Below, piece after piece: positions 12,223 through 26,021 of a stretch of 64,000 nt of DNA. Origin of the DNA: Lama glama. Lineage: Eukaryota. The position numbers and the translations under genes were made by a program. The notes under the pieces are model-generated. The model had not been told where the DNA came from. It saw nothing but the letters and a program-made list of their open reading frames with translations, and ran no database searches. The stretch is taken from contig CM052816.1 of the NCBI GenBank assembly GCA_028534125.1, forward strand, positions 83,268,001 to 83,332,000, given 5' to 3'. Each line of letters opens with the position of its first letter. The first letter of the stretch is position 1.

Positions 12223-14439
12223 GTAGGAAAAGGAAGTACATTGTCCTGGAGAAAACACCGGCATAGACTAGTCTTCTATGATAGCAGGCCTGGCTGGAAC
12301 GTGACTGTTGTTCTTTTCTGTTATGTTTATGTTCTAATTTCCTGATTAGCTGTCATCTTGAACATGCCTTCTTTTAAAGATTGAATTATTGGATGAATAT
12401 GAAAGTAGTTTACTTTCTTACTGGCAAAGTAAGAAGTAAAGTTTCTTATTTCACCTGTTTTTCTCAGGAAATGTGTAAGGCAAAGTTAGGAAAAGGAGAA
12501 TTATTTTTAATGACATCACATACATTTATTAAGTGATCTGCACTCTTCATAGACAGACAAAATGTGTCATATTATTGCTTTAAGACTGTTACTGTACATT
12601 TAACAACTCAGTTTTTTAGTTTAGTTTTCCTGAACTAAAAAATTAAGTATAGATTAATATTTTTCCATTTTTGGTTGATGACTATTACACTAGGAGCCAA
12701 GTAATCTTGAAATGAATAAGTGGCTATATTAAGTGTACGAAAGTGGGCCTTTTAATCATTTGCAATTCAGGAAGAAGAGGCGATCACAGCTAAAAGAAAG
12801 ATACTTATTTTCCAATCAGCTCTTTCTCAGTCCAATATATTCTTGTATAACCACAAAAAGATGCTTCGGTGGTAATGGGTTATGTGTCCCAGCAAGGTTC
12901 TACTCAAGTGCTGTCAGGTTAAAGGAAATTTTACTGACCTCTTTTAAGACGCAGGACTGGCAAACCGCAAGCACGCTGAAGCTAGCCGAGAGTGACCTGC
13001 AAGGCTCTCTGCCGGCTTTTCAGATGCACAAGTAGAAGATGAGCTCCCCTGCAGTCTCGCTTACCTTTCTTTGAATTGCCCTTTACTCACACTCACTTTT
13101 TCTTCAATAAATTCATTCCCTGCGTTTGTCTTTGATCCCTCTCCAGAAGGAAGCATCAATGTGCACTTCAAATTCCAAGGTACGTGTAAAATTATCACAA
13201 AATCTGAATTTTCTGCTAATTAATTTCCTATTTCAGTTATATAGTCTCTAAATTCTCTATGTTTATAAAATGAATTAAGAAAAAAAGTAAGTCATCTTTA
13301 TCAAACTGGGAAATACCAGTACACACAAGGGACCTCCACTCTCACCTCTGCGATTGTAAAGATTCCTTCACTAGGATTTAGCCCAGAGCAATAGAGGGTA
13401 AAAAAGAGAGAAAAAAAACAACTGAGTCATTAAGTGTTTGGCCTTTAAAAAAAAAAAGTTATATACTTCCATGCAGCTGTCAAATAACAGAGAGAAACTA
13501 AATTAGGATAAACTCAAGGTCAGTTTACATGGCTAGGCATTGATTACTAAAATGTCACCTCTTGACCTCTTCAAATAATTGGATTCTCTGTTTAAATATT
13601 CACTGAGAATGCATTTTAAAAGGCAAAATAACTGCTGTTAAACCATCCTGTTCTACTCAGGGTCTTAGTTGCCACTTTGTCACCTCCACAGAGTGCTGTT
13701 AGTAATTTAAATAATTAAGCTCTGGAAGACTGGTATGTTAATTTAATTAAAACTTCTCTGCCAATTGTCCTTGCTATTTTGCCATGTCTTATTGCCAGTA
13801 CTTTCATAAGCTGTGGAAGCTGTGAGGAAAGAGCTTACAATTTGCAATGAATTTCTCTTTCTGCTGAAAATGAGAACCATTATAAAATTTTATTTAGCCA
13901 TTTATCCAAGATGGCAATACACTACACCCAGGATTATAGGCCTGTCAGTTTGAAATCTTTCAGTGATTCAATGCTGACGGTGCTCTTCCAGCTCCATGGT
14001 AACCTGATTACATTGCCTTGAAGTAGTAAACATGCTGCCTGACATCTAAATACATGCAGAACTTCTGCCAAAGGCACAGCATCTACTTATGAATGTCAGT
14101 GGTGTCGGCCAAGAGAGTGTCAGTGAAGGCCAAGTACAAGGCTCTAGCTTGAGTCTTGATACTGATCACCGAAACAACTTGGTTGGAGACAATGTCTTTA
14201 AGCCACATATTTTACAAATGAATTAGCAAATTAAAGGTGACAATATGAATATTTTTTAAAAATATGAATAAAGGCAATGTATAAGCAGTAACCCAACCTA
14301 GGAACCAGGAGACCCAGAACTAGGCCAAGTTCTTTACCTTGAAACTTTGGGGAGAAATACATTTACCTGTTGGAATTTACTTACAGAGGTTTTTATTTAA
14401 AATATGAAATAGGAGAATAGGATCTACCATAAAATGCAA

Positions 14440-14580
14440 TTATAGTTAGGTATTATTTACAGATGGGAAAACAGGCTTAAAGAAATTCAGTATTTTGTAC
14501 AAGTTAGTAATTGGGAGGATGAGGATTTAACACCAGACCACTGGATAACATACACAGCCCACAAGCTTAACCTCTTACAC
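14440..14580 (-). mobile_element. MIR SINE fragment
   Basis: tttacagatgggaaaacaggct is the reverse-complement MIR core. Confidence 0.55.
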
Positions 14581-14898
14581 AACATTATACTTGCTCCAAA
14601 CTGATAATGTAGGGGTCAAGTATTGGAGAAAAGAAAATTCAAAATAATAAAGTCATCTCAAAATGTTCCCAGAAGTGACCTGTCTTTATCCTCCTTGGTC
14701 AGGGCCATCCACTCTGGTGCCCACTACGCAGGCCATGCTGTTGCTCCCTGTTCCAGACTGTCTCTCCATCCACAAGATACAATGCTATCTCACCTTCTTC
14801 TTTCCTTGAGTAAATAAAAATAGCTAACAGTGAATCTATGGGGGGAAAAAAAAACCTGAAAATGTGGGGGAAAGAGGGTAAGTCTAAGCTAAGTATTT

Positions 14899-15425
14899 TG
14901 TAATCATTTTCACTTTGGGGTTATATGATGAATTAAAGTATCATGAATTCTCTGACACTCTCACAGTGGAGAGCACCTTCTCCTTGAATATGGGTGAACT
15001 CTGTGCCTGCTTGCACCCACAGAATATGGAGGAAGTGATGTGGTTCCATCTTCTGGGCCCAAGCTGCTTTCACTTTCTGTCTCTTAAAACACACGTCCTT
15101 AGAACTCAACTGTCATGCAGTGAGAAGCCCAGGACACAAGAGGAGCCATGCAAGGGCAGTGCATTCTACAACCTTAGCTGAGCTCTCAGCCAAGAAACAG
15201 GATCATTTCTCAGCAATGTGAGTGACACATCTTGGATAACCTGCCATGTGGAACTTAAAATGACTTTGTTTCCAACTTTTCAACTGCATTCACTATGAGA
15301 GGCATCAAGCAAGAACTGCCCAGCTGATCCTAGTCAATTCATGAAATGTGATAGAAAACAACATATTTTTTGCTTTAAGCCATGAAGTTTGGTGCTGTGT
15401 TATATAGCAATAGACAACTGGAGCA
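14899..15425 (+). mobile_element. MaLR LTR (MLT1 family)
   Basis: Diagnostic 3' end tttaagccatgaagtttggtg...ttatatagcaatagacaactggagca, plus gtgagaagccca and aagaactgcccagctga motifs. Confidence 0.75.
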
Positions 15426-16104
15426 GGCCATTATACACCCAGTTATCTATCCATTCCAGCAAATGTAATGCCGTACACCAGCTAAAATATGCCTGCACCT
15501 GGCCTGGCCCATCTCTGGCATCTGCTTAAAATTTGTTACCCAGGATTCTGTCATAACTTGAACTTCAATCATTATCTTGATATGCCTAAACTATTTTGGA
15601 TTTCTCTACGAAGAACTTCCTCAGGCACTTCAAACTTAAGTAAATTTTACTCTCCTTCACCATGTCCATTTTTTTCCTGTATTACTTCCTCAGGTTAATG
15701 GAAATAGAGATTCAGAGTCATATCTCCTCTAAAGATCTATCCGTTTTGCTTGAAATGTTTTTAGAATCTGATCTCTTCTTTATATTCCCTTAGTGGAATC
15801 CTTAGTTGAAAATCTTCCAGTTTATATATATTTATTTAAAATTTTCATAAAGTTTCTCTCTCTAGTTTACAAATTACCAATTTTTCTTCTGCATAGTTCC
15901 TTGGATTATTTTTCTAAAAGCAAAATGTAGTGATAATGCCATTACTACACTTAGTTGATTCATTGTAGAAAACATTTTCTTTTCTCAGTGTGTAAGATGC
16001 CAGGTAAAAGATGCACAGATAGATCTCTGACAGTTCAGACTTAGGGATTAACTAAGATTCAGAGAGCCAAAATACATCCTCAAAGGAATAAAGCCATGTA
16101 AAAA

Positions 16105-16240
16105 TAATAATGAGAAATTCTTATAGTTCTAACAGTGACCCAGATATTGTTCTAAACATCCTACATATTTTAACTCATCAATCCTCACAGTATTTCTATT
16201 AGATAGGTACAGTTACTATCCCACAGAGGTTAAATAATTT
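16105..16240 (-). mobile_element. MIR SINE fragment
   Basis: aactcatcaatcctcaca...agataggtac...cacagaggttaaataatttg matches the reverse-complement MIR. Confidence 0.6.
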
Positions 16241-17807
16241 GGATGTTTTGCACACCTATATCCCTTTAGAATATGAGTGCTTGCTAAGCATTTACATTCT
16301 CTACCAGTTTTCATAAATGATATATGATTTATGAAAGACATGAAAAAAGGCAAAGCATGTAGATGAGGAAATCTAGGTCTGCTTCAAAACCATCACAATA
16401 TATAGATATCAAATTGTTCCATCAAAGCATAAGAGTATATTCGTCAGTATTTCAAAGTCATCTCCAGAGCTAGGAAAATTTTTGAACGCGTACCTTTCCA
16501 CAGAAAGAAAAATTGTATAGGAGCAGCTTCTGTAAAAAGTGACATAAATGTTATAGAAGGTGTGTCCTAGAATGTAAATTCATGATATTTGTCAATTTCC
16601 ATTATCCCTTCTCACCTCTTTTTCCACCAAACATACATAGGTAAAAAGATACATATTAGAAGCCAAGAGTAACGGTTGTGGGTCACAGTATCTCTTCATT
16701 CTCTCCCTCCTTACGTATGTTACACATGTGTAGTAAAAATCATGAGAATTTTTTTCTCAGACTTTTGTCTTAGCTCTCAAAGTTGAGGATAATAGGAGCT
16801 CTTGAGCGCAACCCAGGAGCCGCCAGTGTCGCCCTCCTAGCCTTGTTGAGAAAGAAACACACTGACTCCCTGACATCACTTCTTTCTCCCCATGCTATCT
16901 ATACCATCAGAGAAGACTGGATAATCTATACAGTCAGAAGACTGGAATTCACTTGATAAAGGGAAATTATCACAGTGTTGAGTCCTTTGACTTTTCCTAT
17001 GGTTCTGTTGAGTTTGAGCAATGAAATTAAGATTTTTCTTACTTGAAAATTAAGATATAGGAAGGGTGGTCTGATATAAAATGGCTGAAAAAATGATAAG
17101 GTGAGATAAAGATATTTCTGTTTTAACGCAGGGCCCATACTTTTTAATAAAATGTCAGTATCAAACAGCACAGAGCAGGTTAGGAGTAACAAACAGCAGC
17201 ACATATGACAATCCAATTGTCCGTCCTTTTCTTCAAGGTGTACATATACATACCTATGCTTTAAGTTTCTACTTTAGGTTGTTGAGAATTAGCTCCATAA
17301 CCTTACATGATGTCATACCACTGCTTTTTTATTTTATAAGAGAATACTGATCCCTGCTGTGGAAGATGGGAAGTTTAACTCACGTGGCATCTTTCCATTG
17401 CTGGCCTCATACATTTGAAGGTTATAACATTAATTCCCATTATTGTATTTAATGGAAATATATCTTTAAAATTAATGTTCATTTTTATCTAAGTTACCTT
17501 TGCATGGAGGAAATTATTTAGTTCTATAGGGCTTGTGATAAAAAAAGTATCAGCCTGCCCTAGAACCAAATTACTTCCCATTGCCTACAGCCTATAACTT
17601 CCAACACTTTTAGCTGATTCTTTGGCATTTAGTCACTAATTACTTTCATCTGTGAAATATATGAGTTTAGTCTATCTTTCCCATTTCTCTGGTTTTTCAT
17701 CCATTGAGCCTCTGAAAGATGATATATTGTAAATGTTGTTAGGTCACTATCCAGTCATTATTATATTGTTATGACCACATGAATATGTCCAGCAGTCCTC
17801 CCCTCTT

Positions 17808-19040
17808 TCATTTTACAGTATTCAGTGAATGCTTCTTATATGCTAGACCACCTTCTAAGCATTTAAGATCCATTAGTAAGTAAAGATTAAAATATTTCAC
17901 CTTATGGAGTTCACATTGAAGAGAAGAACATAAACAATAAACACAATAAGTAGATTAAGAAGAGTTTTGGAAGGCGATATTATGGCAAAATTAAAAAGTG
18001 GAGAAGAAAAAAAAGCTATTTGGAATTGCTCTTAGGAAAGGTAGGCTACACCTGAAATAGGAAGCCAGGCAGTGAAAGTGACATTTGAGCAAAGAAGTGA
18101 ATGAAATAGATGGCTTGGCCCTGCAAACACATTAGCCAAATCATTCTAGGCAGACAAAATGGTGAGCATAAAGTCCCTTTGGCTGGAACATGTCTGGATT
18201 AAATCTGAGGATTTAGCGAACCGGTTAGCAGCAGGTGTGGTGAGGGAGAAAATGAATGGCTAGATCATGAAAGCCCTTGTGAACTAATGTCAGAACTTCA
18301 GTTTTTCCTATGAGTAGAATGGGAAACCACTGTGACACTGTGAGCGGATCAATGATCAGAGTTTTAAAAAGTCAATTTGGCAGCTCTGTTAAACATAAAA
18401 TGTTGGACAGCAGGTGAAGGAGTAGAAAGAACAACAATGATAAGATCACAGCAAACAAGAGATGACGGCAGAACAGATTTGGAGGTAGCAGTTGAGACGG
18501 TGAGAATGGCTCAGATCTGGGTACATTTTAAATGTGAACAAAATAGGATTTTCCAAGTGATTCAAAGTGAAAAATGAAGTGAGGGTTCAAGCATGACGTC
18601 GCAGTTTTTACCAAATGCTTAGAAAGATGGGAGTTGCCACCAGAGGAGATAGGGATGGCCTCAGGAGGAGCAGATTGAGGCGATGAAGAAAACTAGGAGT
18701 GTATTTTTACACATGTTGATTTGAGATGCTGAATAAACGTGCAAGCTGAAACTGAGACAAAGGCTAATTGATACTGCAAATGTAATTTTGGAAGCTGGAA
18801 TATAGATTAAATCCAGGTGACTGGAATGGAACAACAAGGAAATGAAACAGAAATAGTGAAAAGGTCTTAGTATTAAGCCCTGGTACACTTAAACTTAAAA
18901 TAAGTGGAGAAAGAGGAAGAACCAGAAAAACGAGACTAAGATGAGTTTCCGGAGAGTAGAAATAATTGAGAGTGAGCTGTCCTAGAAGCAGGAGAGGAAA
19001 ATGTATGGAGGGAGAGAGTAATAAAATAGCAAGTTATGCT
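17808..19040 (-). mobile_element. L2 LINE 3' portion
   Basis: Purine-rich. Contains gtgacatttgagcaaaga, agatctgggtacatttt and ttttacacatgttgatttgagatgc, the reverse complement of the L2 motif gcatctcaaa..aacatgt. Confidence 0.75.
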
Positions 19041-21969
19041 GCTAGTTTTCTGAAATGCTATGTTGATATGCTTTGTTGTAGGTCTCTATTGATTCGTTTC
19101 TTGGCATTCTCTCGGCCTTTCAGTCTTCCTTTCTCTGGCTCTGTGAAGTCCTCCCCTCCATGTCCTCCCTTCTTTCTAAATGTTTTTATTTTTGTGTATA
19201 CTGTGCAGATGAGTTGCTGATTTTTTTTTTAGTTACCTTCTAATTTCCATTTCATTTGTTTTTATTCTACTTTATTAGATATTTTTATTCTGTTTTTTAT
19301 TTAATGTCTATTAAAATTATTTTTGTCCTCTGAATATTGCTTTTAATAGTATCCACTTGATCAATTAATGTTGAAACTCTTTTTAATGCTCAGAAGCTAT
19401 CCATTTTAATATTATCTTCCTGTACAGTTTCTGATCTTTACCAACTGTTTTTATTTTTTTCCTCCCTTTTTGTTTGTTTAAGTCTCAATCTATTACAATA
19501 GGGCTTTTTCTTTTTGTTTGTTTCTTAAAGCAAAGTTCTAGTGATCTTTGGTTTTATTCTTATCTTTAAAAGCAGGGTAATTAAAAATACTGTTTGAAAA
19601 TGCTACACATATAGATGGGGCTTCTTTTCTATGGTCATTATTCAGGTATTATGTGTCCGAGCCATTTCAATGAGGAATCCTCAGTGTCAGAATTTTTAGT
19701 AATTCTTTTGAGCTGGTAAAGTATTCCAGCTTGGATGAATATATGCCTGGTTAACTGCTCTCAAAAATTATAGAATTCTAGCAGGAAAAGACACTGATGG
19801 TTCCAACATTTATAATACTTGGTATGTAAACTTTTGTTTTAACTGTATCTGTTATCTGTCAGTCCAGGGCCTTTAATTACCCTCTTCAGAGAGTAATGTT
19901 TAGTCTTCTGCTATATAGAAGTGGAATAATCCCCAGGTTGCAGGGGATGGGGCATGTGAAGTGTGGGTATAACTTCCATTTAGATATACTTTGACTCAAT
20001 CTTCATGTTTTCATATCAAGTTTATCACCATGTCCATATTATTATAGCCAATCCCAGAAACTTATGGGAGTTCAAACCCACAAATCAGGTTGCTCCTCAG
20101 CACACTATTTATATAGTTTCCAAAACATTGTTTCTGATTTCTCCTCCCCTATTTCCCTTTAAATTTAGTCCTTAAGGCTTATTCCATTGTTGTACTAGGA
20201 GGATTTTGTGAGTTAGTGGAGGTTAATGAGTGCTCAGTCTGCCATGGAAGTTTTAGATATCTCTTGTAACATTTTAACTTGTAACATTTTAAACTTCAAT
20301 ATATGATACTCTTGTATTTTCTTTCATTTTTGCCTTATCTTCCACGTTACTCAAATCAGCAACATCCTTAACTTTACACTAACATTTATATCCTGTACTG
20401 TTTCAATACTTTTGTCACTTTTCTAAGTATGATTCTTCAAAATGTTAGAAAATCATAAACCTGACTTACACAGATTTATAGTAACTTTGCTGTGTCCTAC
20501 TTTCTTTCTTTCCCTATTAGTATTTTAAAAGTAGCTCTAGGACACTTGAAGACAATGTTTTTTAGCATCAGCAACAAATGGATTCTTTTCTTACATTCAA
20601 ATAATTTCTTAGAACCATTCTAAATTATAATGCAGTGATTTATGTTCATTTTTTTGTTTGGTTGATTTTTTTTCCCCTTATGGACATTTCTTTGCCCTGT
20701 TTTCTGTTAATGGAAATATGAATAGTATGTCTTTAACACATTTTCATGTTTACAACAGTTTCATTGTTACTAACACCTATTGCACAAAGTCCTTTTTATT
20801 TCGAGAGATATCCACCTGTGGATGTATCATATAGAACACAATGCCTGTCTTTCCCTTATCCTTGTCATAATTAAGTATGCACTTCTTTGAACAGAATTCT
20901 CAGTGTCTTCATATTATAATATTTTACATACACTTTTGTTCTACTTTTGGAATTTCACATCTTTCCTTTTTATAACCCTGGCGGTCTTTCTTCTCTGATT
21001 GTTAATCTAATATTGTTGTGATCTTATTAAATTGTCTAAGGTCACAGAAAGCCTGTAGAGTTTATTCATTTTCACTAACAGTAAAACATGTACCCTTAGC
21101 TTCTTCAAAAGGTTGAAGGGACAGAGATTAAACAGTAGCTACTTTCCAGAAATAATCCCATGATCTGACATTTATTGCTGGGACAGCTGGTATAGTCTAG
21201 TTCCTTATGTCAGGAATAATTTAGTATTTATGTGGCACTTCACATTTTCACGATGATCTTCAATCATTAATAAAACATTTCTCATGACATTCCTGTCAGA
21301 GAGGTCAGTGTAACTAGAACCACTTAATAATAAAATAGTAAAAGAGTTACCATAATCTTCTTCGTTTCTTGGTGTTAATTTTTAAGCATGTAAAATTTGA
21401 GCATTTATTAAATCCACTGACAACACTATATTAGATTCACAAATTTTCGATAAGGATGGGTTACTATAAATGATATTGAGAAAAGCTTAAGTTATAACTC
21501 CCTTCTCAAAAGTAGGCTGCATTCAATAACGTCTACTAATAAACATAATAAATGCTCTCTGCACTAAGGGCGATTTTAGTAATTCAGAGAGGAGAGAAGT
21601 CTAGAATATCTGGTGTTAGTAATGCCTTGCTAAGAACTGAATAATGTAATAGAGAATGATTAGAGGTTAAAATCATATTTGACAAAGATTATTCTTTTTC
21701 AAGTCAGTTTAACAAAAATATAAGTTAGTATTTCACAAATAGATAATGAAAAATAGTAGACAATGTACCCGGGTGTTGATGAACTAAGTAAGACACATCT
21801 AGCAAACATGTTCTTGTACTCAGTTACCACGCAATGGAATTGCTACCAGCTCACAAATGATACTCTGGGGGGCATATGTGTTTGGTAGTGTCCATGTAAG
21901 GTTTTTTTTTTTTAATCTCATCCTGTCCTCTTAAAAAGGCTTTGGAAGTACACCTTGAATTCTTACTCT

Positions 21970-22315
21970 CCAAAGCTATCTGGACCTTATTTTTATTTTC
22001 TTTTTATTTAAGGGAGGGTAATAAATAACATTTATTTCTAATATATGAATATTCAGAAATAATTTTTATTCCTTGGTAGGTTTTTTTTTGACAGATTTGT
22101 TAATTTCATTCCAGATATCAATTTTTTTCTCAAAAAGTGATCATATTATCAACATATTTTCTAATGCTTGTGTTTTTATTGGTAAGTCCGTTTTTTCATT
22201 CCTAATATTTTTAATCTCTGTTTTCTATTTTGTTTGTGATCAGTCTTGCTAAGGTATTGTTAATATATTAATTCTTCCAGATAACCAAATTTTGGCTTTA
22301 ATTTTTTTTTTCTAT
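21970..22315 (-). mobile_element. Old LINE-1 ORF2 fragment
   Basis: T-rich. tgatcagtcttgctaagg...ttcttccagataaccaaattttggcttt is reverse-complement L1 ORF2. Confidence 0.65.
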
Positions 22316-22318
22316 ATC

Positions 22319-22412
22319 AAGAGTTGGCTTTTCTTCTCCTGTAAATGGCCAGATAGGAAATGTTTTAGGCTTTGTTGGCTGTATCGTCTCTATTGCTATT
22401 ACCCAGATCTGC
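22319..22412. mobile_element. MER58-like hAT-Charlie DNA transposon fragment, truncated at the L1 junction
   Basis: ctgtaaatggccagataggaaatgttttaggctttg...gtctctattgctattac matches the recalled MER58A terminus. Confidence 0.7.
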
Positions 22413-24190
22413 ACAAAGAGAGACAGTAAGAGGAACATCAGAACCACAAACCAAACAGAAAATAACAAAATGACAATAGTAAGTCCTTTCAATTATCTAT
22501 CAACAATTACTTGAAACATAAATGGATTAAAATGGCCAAACAGAAGATAAAGAATACTTTAAAGGATTAAAAATAAATAAGCTCAAACTGTGCAAAAACT
22601 CAATTTGGATTTAATGACACAAATAGGCTGAAAGTGAATAGATGGAAAAAGATATTGCAGGTAAACAGTAATTAAAAGGGAGAAGGGTGACTATAATAAG
22701 ATAAATCAACAGGAAGATAAAAAATACATATATATACACACACGCTATATATAACTGACACTAATGCACATTGTAGGAAAATTAAACGGTAAACCAATAT
22801 CCCTGATAAACATGGATTCAAAAATTCTCAACAAAATACTAGCAAACTGAATTCAACAGCACATTAATATACACCATGGCCAAGTGGGATTTATCTCTAG
22901 GATGCAAGAATGGTTCAACATACACAAAGCAATCAATGTGATGTACCACATTACCAGAAAATCAGATAACCACCTTGATGATGTAGAAAAAGCATCTGAA
23001 AAAATTCCACTCTTTCCTGATTAAAAAAACCCAACTCTCAGCAAATTAGGTGTAGAAGGAACTTATCTCAACATAATTAAGGTCACATATCAAAAGCTTA
23101 CAGCTAACCTTATACTCAGTGGCGAAAAACTGAAGGCTTTTCCTTTAAGATCTAGAACAACTGAAGTACACCCGCTCTCACCACTTCTATTCAACACAGC
23201 ACTAGAAGGACTAGCCAGAGTGATTACATAAGAAAATAAAAATCAGAATTGGAAAGGAAGAAGTAAAATTATTTCTCTTTGTATGTGACATGATCTCATA
23301 CACAGAAAACCCTTAAGACCACCAAAAAAAAAAAGTAGAATAAATGAATTCAGTAAAGTGTATACAAAACCAACATGGAGAATCCAGTATCATTTCTACA
23401 CACTAAGAGCAAACTGCCTGATGAGAGAAATCTAAGCAGACACAAATAAGTGGAAAAGTATTCTGTGTTTACGCATTGGAACTGCCACCTAATATAGCAA
23501 TCTCACTTCTGGTATTCAAAGGAATTGAAATCAGAATTTTGAAAAGGTATCTGAACTCCCTTGTTCATTTCGGCACTATTCACTGTAGCCAAGATAGGGA
23601 AACAACCTAAGTACCTATAGGTGGATGAATGTATAAAGAAAATGGAGTATGTGCATACAATAGTATATTAGTCAGCTTTAACAAAGAAGGAAATCCTGTC
23701 ACTTGCATCAGCGTGGATGATCCTGAAGGACATTATGCTAAGTTAGGTAAGCCAGAAACAGAAGGACAAATATACTTTATACCACTCAGGTGAGGATTCT
23801 AAGATAGTCAACTCACGGAAGCTGAGAGTAGAATAAGGATTGCCAGAGGCTGGAGGGAGAGGGGAAATAGGAAGCATTAGGTAAAGGATACAAAATTTCA
23901 ATTGTATGAGACCCAGAGATCCACTGAACATCATAGAGCCTGAGGTTTACTACTGTATTGCACACTTTACAATTTCTAAGAGGGTAGATCTTATGTTAAA
24001 TGTTCTTATCACAAAACAATGATACTGATAATAAAGACCTGGTGAGGAACCTTTTGGAAGTAATGGATATGTTTATAGCACAGACTGTGGTTATGGTTGC
24101 AGAGATGCACACTTGTCACCAAACTCACCAATGTGTATACATTGAATATGTACAGCTTTCGTATATAAGTCAAATACCAATAACAGGGTT
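22413..24190 (+). mobile_element. LINE-1 (L1MA10/L1MB-like 3' end) with large internal deletions
   Basis: ORF2 start at ~22470, RT segment PISLINMDSKILNKILAN at ~22794, then a jump to the C-terminus (~23480) and a 3'UTR gtagatcttatgttaa...ttttggaagtaatggatatgtttat. Confidence 0.85.
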
Positions 24191-25259
24191 TAAACAAACA
24201 TGCACAAGTGTTTTTTAAAGAATAACCTCCACAAAGCTCAGAAAATAATTTGCACATACACTGACAGCTTTAGTGCAAATCAAATTGTTTCTTCATCTTC
24301 ATAAACACTGAGCTATTATCCTTTCTTTGAAAACTACTGCTTAAGCATGTTCAAATATCACACTCTAGGGTGTGGGGACAAGAACTTCAGATGACTGAAA
24401 CCAAGTGGAACAGTATAAAATTATTATATACTGGCTCTGAAAACAAAGGTCTGTAGCTAAAAATGGTAATTTTGGGGGGAGTTTTATAACTGGGAGTTCT
24501 CTAAATCAGTTTTCACATAGATTACAATATTTATTAAGGGATAAGTAAAATGTATTACTATAACTTGCCTGTATGATATATTACTAAAATCAACATTACT
24601 GACAATTGTTTAGAAGTTAGGATATCAAAAGTTTTCTTGCAGGAGATAGTATTCTACCACTGATAATAACTTTGTTTAGATTTACCAGTAATGCTGATAA
24701 CAAAAAGTAGACCAGCTTTATTTGATTTTATGCTGTTTTTACATTGTGTACAGAAGATGCATCCCCTTAGTTTCTGCATTGCTCCCATCATAGGACCTCT
24801 GCATCAGTATCTTGCCTTTTTTTATGCCACTGAGTAGTAGGAGTGTGGCTCAAGTCAAGGCTCTGTCATTTACAACAGTATGACTGTGGGAGAGATATTA
24901 TTTAACTTTCTGTAATTGGGGGGATTTTTTCTCATATGATTAGTATGAGAATTAAATCAGTATATTTATACACACATATATATGCACATATTCATTTGTG
25001 TATATACATGAAAGATATGTCAATTCATATATGAATATTTATGTACAGATTTGCTATCTGTGTTACACACATACAAAGCTAATTTGGAATATTTGACCAA
25101 ACCATACACTATAATTCTAAGTTATATTCTAAGTTATAATCATTCTCATAATGATATCGTTTTATTTATTTTATTTTTCTATATGAAATTATATATCTAT
25201 ATCATCATGATATGTTAATCATTTTTTATATACATATAAAATTATTTTATTTCTTGCTC

Positions 25260-25700
25260 TTCACCTGGGATAATAGCTGTGTTGTTTGTTGCCACGGGAG
25301 ATGGCGGAAGAGGACCAGGTTTTAAGGGAAGAGTCAGAGCTTTGTTTTGGATCTGGTTTGTTAAGTATAGCTAAGGATAGGATTAAGAAGATATCAGAGA
25401 TGGAGGGATAAAACTAGGCATGAGTGCTGGCACATTATTTAAAGAGGAAGAAATTATAAGGACATAAGACATCAACTGTGTTAATAAGGTGATGAGAATT
25501 CTAGTTAGAAATGTTTCTATTTGGTTTAGCAACATGGAGATATTAGCAACAGTAGTGATGATGGATTTGTAAGGGTGGAAGCCAGCTGAGAAAGGGTAAA
25601 AGAGTAAGCAATAGATTAGGAAGTAGAAATTGCTTGTAGAAAAACATTTTTTTAGAATAGTAAAATAGATTCAATCAATAGGGCCATGGCTAGAGGCAGA
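25260..25700 (-). mobile_element. L2 fragment
   Basis: gagctttgttttgga and tttagcaacatggaga motifs. Diverged. Confidence 0.5.
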
Positions 25701-25734
25701 TTTTTTTTTATAATAATGTTTCTAATAACAGAGG

Positions 25735-26021
25735 ACTACCCTGGTCAATTAGGTAAGAACTGTTCACACATGCCTTTTAAGGACTGGAAAAAGGCCAAAT
25801 TGAGATGTGCCATAAGTATAAATAGCATACACAATTTTGCAGACTGGGTAGGAAGAAAGTAATATAAGTTGTTTCTTACACATATTTTATTCTGAGTACA
25901 TATCAAGGTGATAATATCTTTAACATACTGAATTAAATATATTAAGAAAATTAGTTTTACATGTTGTTTTTACTTTTTAATGTGGTTACATATGTGGCTT
26001 GCATGATACTGGACAGAGATG
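25735..26021 (+). mobile_element. MER33-like hAT-Charlie DNA transposon
   Basis: aattgagatgtgccataagtataaa ... tttttactttttaatgtggttac ... tggacagagatg matches recalled MER33. Confidence 0.7.

Noticed and set aside
12733..13035. 100-aa ORF
   Set aside because: Non-ATG start and no recognisable domain. The length is compatible with chance.
16815..16845. Possible CTCF site in a small CpG patch
   Set aside because: It needs a gap to fit the core motif, which is too weak without a PWM scan.
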